A stretch of 64,000 nucleotides of DNA from an uncultured Bacteroidales bacterium (GTDB taxonomy: Bacteria; Bacteroidota; Bacteroidia; Bacteroidales; UBA4417), in contig CAVQQF010000003.1 in NCBI GenBank assembly GCA_963714825.1, positions 608,690 through 672,689 of the forward strand, read 5' to 3'. The notes below the pieces were generated by a model that ran no database searches, was not told the DNA's origin, and was given only the letters and a program-made list of their open reading frames with translations. Made by a program: the position numbers and the translations under genes. Positions 58,117 to 64,000 of this stretch are shown piece after piece; within the stretch, counting starts at the first letter, position 1, and every line of letters begins with the position of its first letter.

Positions 58117-58737
58117 TTATTTGCAATCTTTATCCACCTGGAACACGAAGAATATTTTATCATTAAATCCACAAAATTTCTCATCGATTACCAGGCCATT
58201 TTTAAATTTCCATCCTTTAACGAGCGGATCCTGAAAAGCTTTCTGCATTTCTTTAAATGAGCGGTCGTAACTTTTGCCTTCGAAAAGGCTTATTTGTGGA
58301 ATAAATTTAAAATTATACTCAAATTTTTGCTCCAGGCTCATATTCCGCTTCATTATCATTGGTGGCGTATTATACCCGGTATGCATAACTACTGCCCACA
58401 AACAATAGTCCCATCCCTGTTCGCCCAGGTTGTTGAAAAGCTTTTTCACCTTCGAAACGCCTTGCATAGGAACAATGTTATATTCGTATTTAACATCTGT
58501 TTTCTCCTTAATCCTCTGCATTATACAATCATCTTCACCGATAATATACAAATCCCAGCCTTGTTCACCCATTTTATTCAGCATATCCAGGATACCTTGT
58601 CCATGTTTTTCGAAACGGCTCATGGAGGAAAAGGCATTCTCAATATCTGTAATTTGTTGATATTCATAATGAAGATGGGCTGTACTGTTATCTGTTTCAT
58701 CCTTCATCATAATTGCTACTACGGCATTTGCCGACAT
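58117..58737 (-). CDS. Tandem DUF4177-domain protein
   Basis: Two copies of a GEQGWDL(Y)/GEQGWDYCLWAV-type DUF4177 core. Confidence 0.5.
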   Translation of the reverse strand: MSANAVVAIMMKDETDNSTAHLHYEYQQITDIENAFSSMSRFEKHGQGILDMLNKMGEQGWDLYIIGEDDCIMQRIKEKTDVKYEYNIVPMQGVSKVKKLFNNLGEQGWDYCLWAVVMHTGYNTPPMIMKRNMSLEQKFEYNFKFIPQISLFEGKSYDRSFKEMQKAFQDPLVKGWKFKNGLVIDEKFCGFNDKIFFVFQVDKDCK

Positions 58738-58904
58738 TAGTTCATATCCCTGGTTTCCATATAAATTGGCAGTATCGGCTATTTTCCTAAAGAAATCCTG
58801 ACCCAGGATAAAATACCTTGTAACTGAATTTCTCTTTTAAAGGAGGATTACTCAGCGTGTCATGTGAAACCATCAGGTACATCGGGAATAAATTTACATC
58901 CTTA

Positions 58905-61384
58905 TCAATTGACCAGCCGCTTGCTCCCAAGTGAGTCTAGAAGTTGTAAGAATCCGTCTCCATGCCAATTTGATCTCTTCCAGCAATGGAAAAAACGGGT
59001 GGTTCGTTTCTGGCATCCAGTGGTATCAAATATGCTGTCAACCAAATCTGATAGCAGTGCTCGGGTATTATCGGGCTTAGATGTTGGGATTATAAGTGTA
59101 ACATTACAGGAATCTGAACTCTGTAATGCATCAGTTACCTTAACCGAGTATTTCCCGTATTCCAGATCGGTAATTCTGGGTGCTGTTGCTTCATTGTTCC
59201 AATTTATGGTAAATGGCTTTCGGCCTCCTGAAATTGTAACTTCGGCCGATCCATCAGAAGCATTAGTTACCGTAGGATTTTTCCCATTGCATTTTACCTG
59301 CAAAGGTGTGGTTAAGGACTGCGTGCATGTACGACCCTGACCCTTTTCATCAATAAGTTGGAGTGTAAAGTCGCCTTCAGTGAGTTTGTTGATTGAAAAC
59401 TCAATGGTTCCATCGGGAATTTCGGGTGAAGAGGGCTGAGTGGTTTTGTGCGTAATGTTAAAATAACGGAATGAACATAAATCTGCTTTTTGTTTCAGAA
59501 CCTGGAATGATATTGTCCCCAGTTCAATTCCGTTGTTATTGGTATTGTTTAACCGAAAATCATACTCGCCTTCTTTCCAGGGTGCTGAAAAAATAATTTC
59601 ACCTCCTGATTTCCCGCCAAGGTATTTATAGGCTATATCGTGTTGATCATTGAGTTCTTCCATGCCATGCATTATATTTGAAGGAATAATACCTACCCAT
59701 GCATCCTTGCTGATAAGAAGTCCCGAGACTTTGTACTTTAGCTTTATTTTTTCTCCCGGGGCAAAATCAGCCTTTTCGAGGTAGAGTTTGGCAAGTCCTT
59801 TTGAAGCGGGAATAAACGCATCAGAAATTCCTAAAACTATTGTACAGCTGTCTTTTTTGTTATTATTATCCGTGATCCGAAACCGGTATTCACCGTTTGC
59901 CAGAGTTGAAGCCCTCGCTGTTATTGTGCCATTGGATGTATAAGTTCCTGTTGGGTTGGTTTTGGTGCAGCTAAAAGCTATGTTTCCTGTGGTTGTGACG
60001 GGTTCGTTAATTATTGGGTTAGGATTGGCTTCTGTCGGAGGCTCTTCGGGAGTTTCTGGTTTAGGCTTTTCTTTACCAGGTTCAGGCTTCACAATTTCCT
60101 GTTTTGGTTTTTGAGGATTGTTTTCTGGTTTTGGTTCTTCTTTAACCTGCTCTGCTTTTTTGTAACGGACAATAATGTCGTCAAATAATATTTCACCTGC
60201 ACTGGTAATATCCGAAACCACGAATTCAACTTTTTTAATTCTCTTACCAATAAAAATGGAATGCTGCCTGCAAATGGTATCGGAATTTTTATCGTTAGCA
60301 GGTTTCCTGCCAAAATCAAAACCTTCTAATGTGGATCCATCAATTATAATTTCACCTTTCGAACCCCAGTTACTCCCGATTTCCATTTCATTAAAAGATA
60401 TTGATGTTATATATTCTGTATCAGGAAGCATTAAACTGAGTTTGGAAGTATAACGATCATAACAACTTGCCGCACAGGTACTCTTCCCGAATGAATACAA
60501 CTGTAGCCCGCACCCGCAGGCCTGGGTGACGGAGAGTTCCTCGGGTGATAATGTGCCGGTAATCCTTTTGCCCGGCGAGTTGATAAAAGTCCCTGTTGAT
60601 GTGCCTTTCAGCCAGCTATGGAGTGCCGGTTTCCCGAAATTTTCAGTAAAAAGGATTTCTGAACCATCGCCATCGAAAAAGAGAGCTTCAATCTCGGATT
60701 CATTGAGAGCCCGGCTATAAATTGCAATATCGTCAATTAGGGCATCGGCATAGCCATCCCTAGCCCAGTTGCTGCGTCCGATATAGTTGCTCGATCGTTT
60801 TACTTCCGGAGGAACTATGCAATTGAGTTTTACCGCTACCAACTCACGGTTGAGGTATAACTTTGCTGTTGTGCCCTGTAACAGCAATACGATATGACTC
60901 CATCGGTTTAATGGGGTAATTGTTTGTGAAGCTATTTCGTAAGGTTTCTCCCTGTTGAACCGAAAATACTTCCTGCTGCCCTGCTGCTAGCGCCTTGCGA
61001 AAGTGAAAGGAATACGTTTTGAGCATCACTTCCATTCCCGAAGTCGAGTATTCGGCTCCAGTATTTGATCTTTCGTGGATTCACCCATGCCGAGATGGTA
61101 AAATCCCCTTTGAAATAAACATCTTCGGGTACCGAAATATAATCTGAAATTCCATTAAAACTGTAAGCGGAGGATTCGTTTCCAAATCGGTCGTTAACCA
61201 ATTGGGCTCCATTTACTTGTCCGTTATGGCCATTTCCACTCCTGTCGGAGGCAGAACCCGTAAAAGTGTACTTCAGGATTAAGCCTTCCTGGAGGTTAGT
61301 GGTTTGACTTTGAGTATTTGGACAGTATAGAATGGTTGCAAATACTAAAATTAAAATTTTTTTCAATAATTCTTTGCTTTTCAT
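58905..61384 (-). pseudogene. Secreted LamG-domain + SprB-repeat protein, interrupted by frameshift(s) at about 60890-61030
   Basis: The N-terminal ORF (60932..61384) carries a signal peptide and the first half of a LamG domain (YSFNGISDYISVPEDVYFKGDFTISAWV). The 58905..60887 ORF continues with the second half (TAKLYLNRELVAV...DDIAIYSRALNESEI), a Pro/Glu/Lys-rich linker, and SprB-type repeats (CNGKNPTVTNASDGSAEVTISGG...YSVKVTDALQSSDSC). Confidence 0.6.
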
Positions 61385-61497
61385 AACCGTGGGAAAATTT
61401 AGTCGGACAACTTTTTATAGAGTTTATCGTAGATGAAATATTGCGAAGTATCTGATGTTTAGTATTCTTTATTTTCCTTAACCAGATATTCCTTTGG

Positions 61498-62604
61498 CTA
61501 TTTGAATTGTATTATTGATGCAACAATTTCATCAACCTGGGTAAATAACTGGCGGTTAAATTCGATATAGGTAGGTACATCATTTCCATAGTTGTCAGCC
61601 ATTTTTTCTCCATAAAACAAATTATATTTGAGTTCTTTTCTCCCTTTCGGGCCGATAATGAGTATGGTAGTTTCCAGAGTTTGTTTTGGAGTATTGTCTT
61701 TTTCAGAAATAGTTACCGTTGTTTCGCACTGTTGTGGGTTTTTAAGGTTTTCATCGGTCAGTTTGGTGAGTTGGATATGTGCAGGATTACATAATCCGTT
61801 CAGGGAAACTTCGAAAGCCCTTGCAGTTTTAGCCCTGTCGGTTTGATCGAAGAGTTTTACATCTGCGGTTTTAGCCAGGGATGCCATAACAAACCCGGCA
61901 TAAGTTCTGCTGTTGCCTTTTATTGCAATGGCATGGTTGGGTTCACCGGGCCCTGCTAAAATTCTGATGTCAGGGCTGAATGGCAGCCAGCCTATTTTAT
62001 CTTCATCAATCCCAACAAGGCTCTTTTTTAGCGTATTGGTAGAATAAGAAGATTTGGTAAGCTGTATGCTTCCATAAGACTCCACAAACACGGAGCTTTT
62101 ATTCTTATCATAATTGCAGAAGTACATAAATTTGCCATTGTTGTCAGGCTTTGTAGCAGAATGGACTTTAAGATCATTTATGTGAAATTGGGAACTGATA
62201 TGCTCATCCTGGTAGGAAGATTCAGTATTTAACTGGTAATCAATCCGGATCGTTAAAAGTGTTTTCCGGTCGGCCGAAAATGTGCCTGCAAATGAAATGT
62301 CTTCTTTGCTTCCTTCAAAAAGAATATTTTCGTATTTCCCGTTAAAACTATTACCGGAAGGATTAATCTCAGCATCTATAATCCATACTGAGATTTCCCC
62401 ATGTACAGAGTCTCTGCTTGTTTGTTTATCTTCACCCCGCCCCTTAATCACCTTCACCGAAGTGGTTTCATTAATTATTAATGGAACATTGACCTTAACA
62501 CGAATATAATTTGCAGGTAAGGAATTTTGTTGAGCCAGTATTTGGTTACCCGAAATCACACTAAGTAAAATGCAGGAAATAGTCAATAGGGATTTAGTTT
62601 TCAT
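61498..62604 (-). CDS. Hypothetical secreted protein
   Basis: Likely start MKTKSLLTISCILLSVISGNQILAQ (signal peptide). No domain was recognised. Confidence 0.45.
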   Translation of the reverse strand: MKTKSLLTISCILLSVISGNQILAQQNSLPANYIRVKVNVPLIINETTSVKVIKGRGEDKQTSRDSVHGEISVWIIDAEINPSGNSFNGKYENILFEGSKEDISFAGTFSADRKTLLTIRIDYQLNTESSYQDEHISSQFHINDLKVHSATKPDNNGKFMYFCNYDKNKSSVFVESYGSIQLTKSSYSTNTLKKSLVGIDEDKIGWLPFSPDIRILAGPGEPNHAIAIKGNSRTYAGFVMASLAKTADVKLFDQTDRAKTARAFEVSLNGLCNPAHIQLTKLTDENLKNPQQCETTVTISEKDNTPKQTLETTILIIGPKGRKELKYNLFYGEKMADNYGNDVPTYIEFNRQLFTQVDEIVASIIQFK

Positions 62605-62712
62605 AAAAATTGCATGTTGATGTGACGACAAAAAAAAGATATTTCTGATATTACATTAATTTAGTTCATTTGAAAAAAGCCTTCTGAAGTTTCTGCTTTA
62701 ATCGTTGTCCTG

Positions 62713-63279
62713 TCAATTTCTGGTCTGTTCGTGAATATTAATGACGTGCTCCATGGCATATTGGTTAATAGCTTTATAAATTTTATTCCCTTCTTTTTTA
62801 GCTTCATCTTCAACGCTTCCCTGCTTTTGAAAAATAACAGTATTGGCATAAACCAGTTCACCGGTTTCGGTTGCAACAGCTCGTATACTTAATGCTGCCT
62901 TGTCTTCATCAACCGTAAAGTCAGTAAATACAAAAAATGCAGCTAAGGTGATTCTTCCAAGTTTGGTGCGCATATTTGGATCGGCTAATTCGGATGAGCC
63001 AATAGTCAGTTCATCAAGGATGTAAGCCGATTAGACTTCTTTCGACTTCCGTAATACCTTTATGCTTATACAAATGACCAATGTCTTCTACAAAAACTCC
63101 TGTAGCAGCTCGGTTGTCCGAAAAGAGATTATACCCGCCTGATACCTCTGGCTGTATACCAGGGGTAACAAGTTCCTTATCAAATAATGCGACCCAAAGC
63201 CGGGTCATCCTTTTGTGCAATAACATAAAAAGTCAGGGTTATAACAAGTAGGAATAGAAGTAGTGTTTTCTTTATCATG
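62713..63279 (-). pseudogene. Small secreted/lipoprotein-like gene broken into three frames (63279→63180, 63014..63226, 62713..62973)
   Basis: Signal peptide MIKKTLLLFLLVITLTFYVIAQ, then a stop, with the continuation in two other frames (…GVFVEDIGHLYKHKGITEVERS; …ALSIRAVATETGELVYANTV, which looks CsgG/TolB-N-like). Confidence 0.4.
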
Positions 63280-63701
63280 ATGTTTATTAATTATGGAAAC
63301 TATCCCTCTTCCCCTTAATTTTTTTAGTTCAATCGAGGGAGAGGGCAGTTTTGCCGGTTCAATGGTAAACTGAGATTGTTTCTTGCTTCTAAGGTATATG
63401 TGCATAGTCATCCAGTGGTATCTGATTCATCTAAAAAATGACTTAGTTGACCCAGTGCATTCGCTTGACTGTATTATCTTCAATTACATCAGGAATGTGC
63501 CTTGATAATTTTTATATCATTTCCAGGGTTATTGTATGCAGGGGTTGGTATTTATGCCAATGGATGAGAATATTCCATGAAGGCGATTATGTGCCATCCA
63601 TAATCATGAAACAACTATGTTTGAAAAGCTTCAACTAATGATTTTAGCTGAAACATGCTTTTCAGGATTTGACATGATAATGTTTTATTTATGTTAATAT
63701 C

Positions 63702-64000
63702 CTATTCATATTCAACCAGGAAATCCCACATATATAAGTAATCGGAATCAGGGATGCACTCAAAGTCCATTTTATCAACACCACAATCCCACACACGATT
63801 CTTGTTTTCATCTAATAAGTAGGTATAACAAATCCCTGTGTATCCGGCTCCTAATCGCCAGCTTAAGATGGCTGTTTTTCCGGCTTCAATAGAGAAACCG
63901 CCAATTTTCTCACCTTCGGATACAAGTTGAAAAGTATTATTTGTATTTAAAAAATGATTTCCGTCCGGGCCAAAGTAGTTCGTCCGGGCCCATGTTGTAT
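63702..64000 (-). CDS. C-terminal part of a hypothetical protein that runs off the window end
   Basis: The minus-strand frame stays open from 64000 to the stop at 63702 (…ILSWRLGAGYTGICYTYLLDENKNRVWDCGVDKMDFECIPDSDYLYMWDFLVEYE). Confidence 0.35.
   Translation of the reverse strand, partial: TTWARTNYFGPDGNHFLNTNNTFQLVSEGEKIGGFSIEAGKTAILSWRLGAGYTGICYTYLLDENKNRVWDCGVDKMDFECIPDSDYLYMWDFLVEYE

Noticed and set aside
63280-63700. Short ORFs 63447..63638 (+) and 63205..63411 (-) in the final intergenic stretch
   Set aside because: 63205..63411 is just an alternative frame over the broken small secreted gene. 63447..63638 has no supporting features. Neither is reported as a gene.

Overview
This 64-kb window is a chromosomal segment with Bacteroidota-type organisation. 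Mid-window it carries the conserved block rpsU–xerC–hpf–tRNA(Thr,Tyr,Gly,Thr)–tuf–tRNA-Trp–secE–nusG–rplK–rplA–rplJ–rplL–rpoB–rpoC–DUF3467. Flanking it are housekeeping and envelope genes: an S9 peptidase, Maf, KdsC, CcsA (cytochrome c biogenesis), a flotillin/NfeD pair, a tricorn-like S41 protease, an outer-membrane barrel, a methionine gamma-lyase-family enzyme, a patatin-like phospholipase, a DUF349 protein, AroC, an AsmA-like protein, a KamA-family radical SAM protein, a TPR/AraC regulator, PBP4/DacB, and a LamG+SprB-repeat secreted protein. Three things the annotation does not explain stand out. First, the tuf–rpoC segment is broken by many frameshifts and stops while its neighbours read through. 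Second, two intergenic arrays of simple tandem repeats occur. One is a roughly 260-bp array of CT-rich heptamers (CTCCCTA / CTCCCTT / CTCCCGA / GACTTCC) in a divergent promoter region, with an inverted GGAAGTC copy 155 bp upstream. The other is a 59-bp tandem repeat followed by CCTTCCAA-type octamers. Third, an 18-bp tandem repeat of about 25 copies lies in frame inside the DUF349 gene and encodes (AEAEVV/AEPEVV)n. I found no CRISPR array, no obvious defence island and no mobile element. The items that look new to me are repeat-based and small-gene features rather than a large multi-gene system, and I say so plainly.
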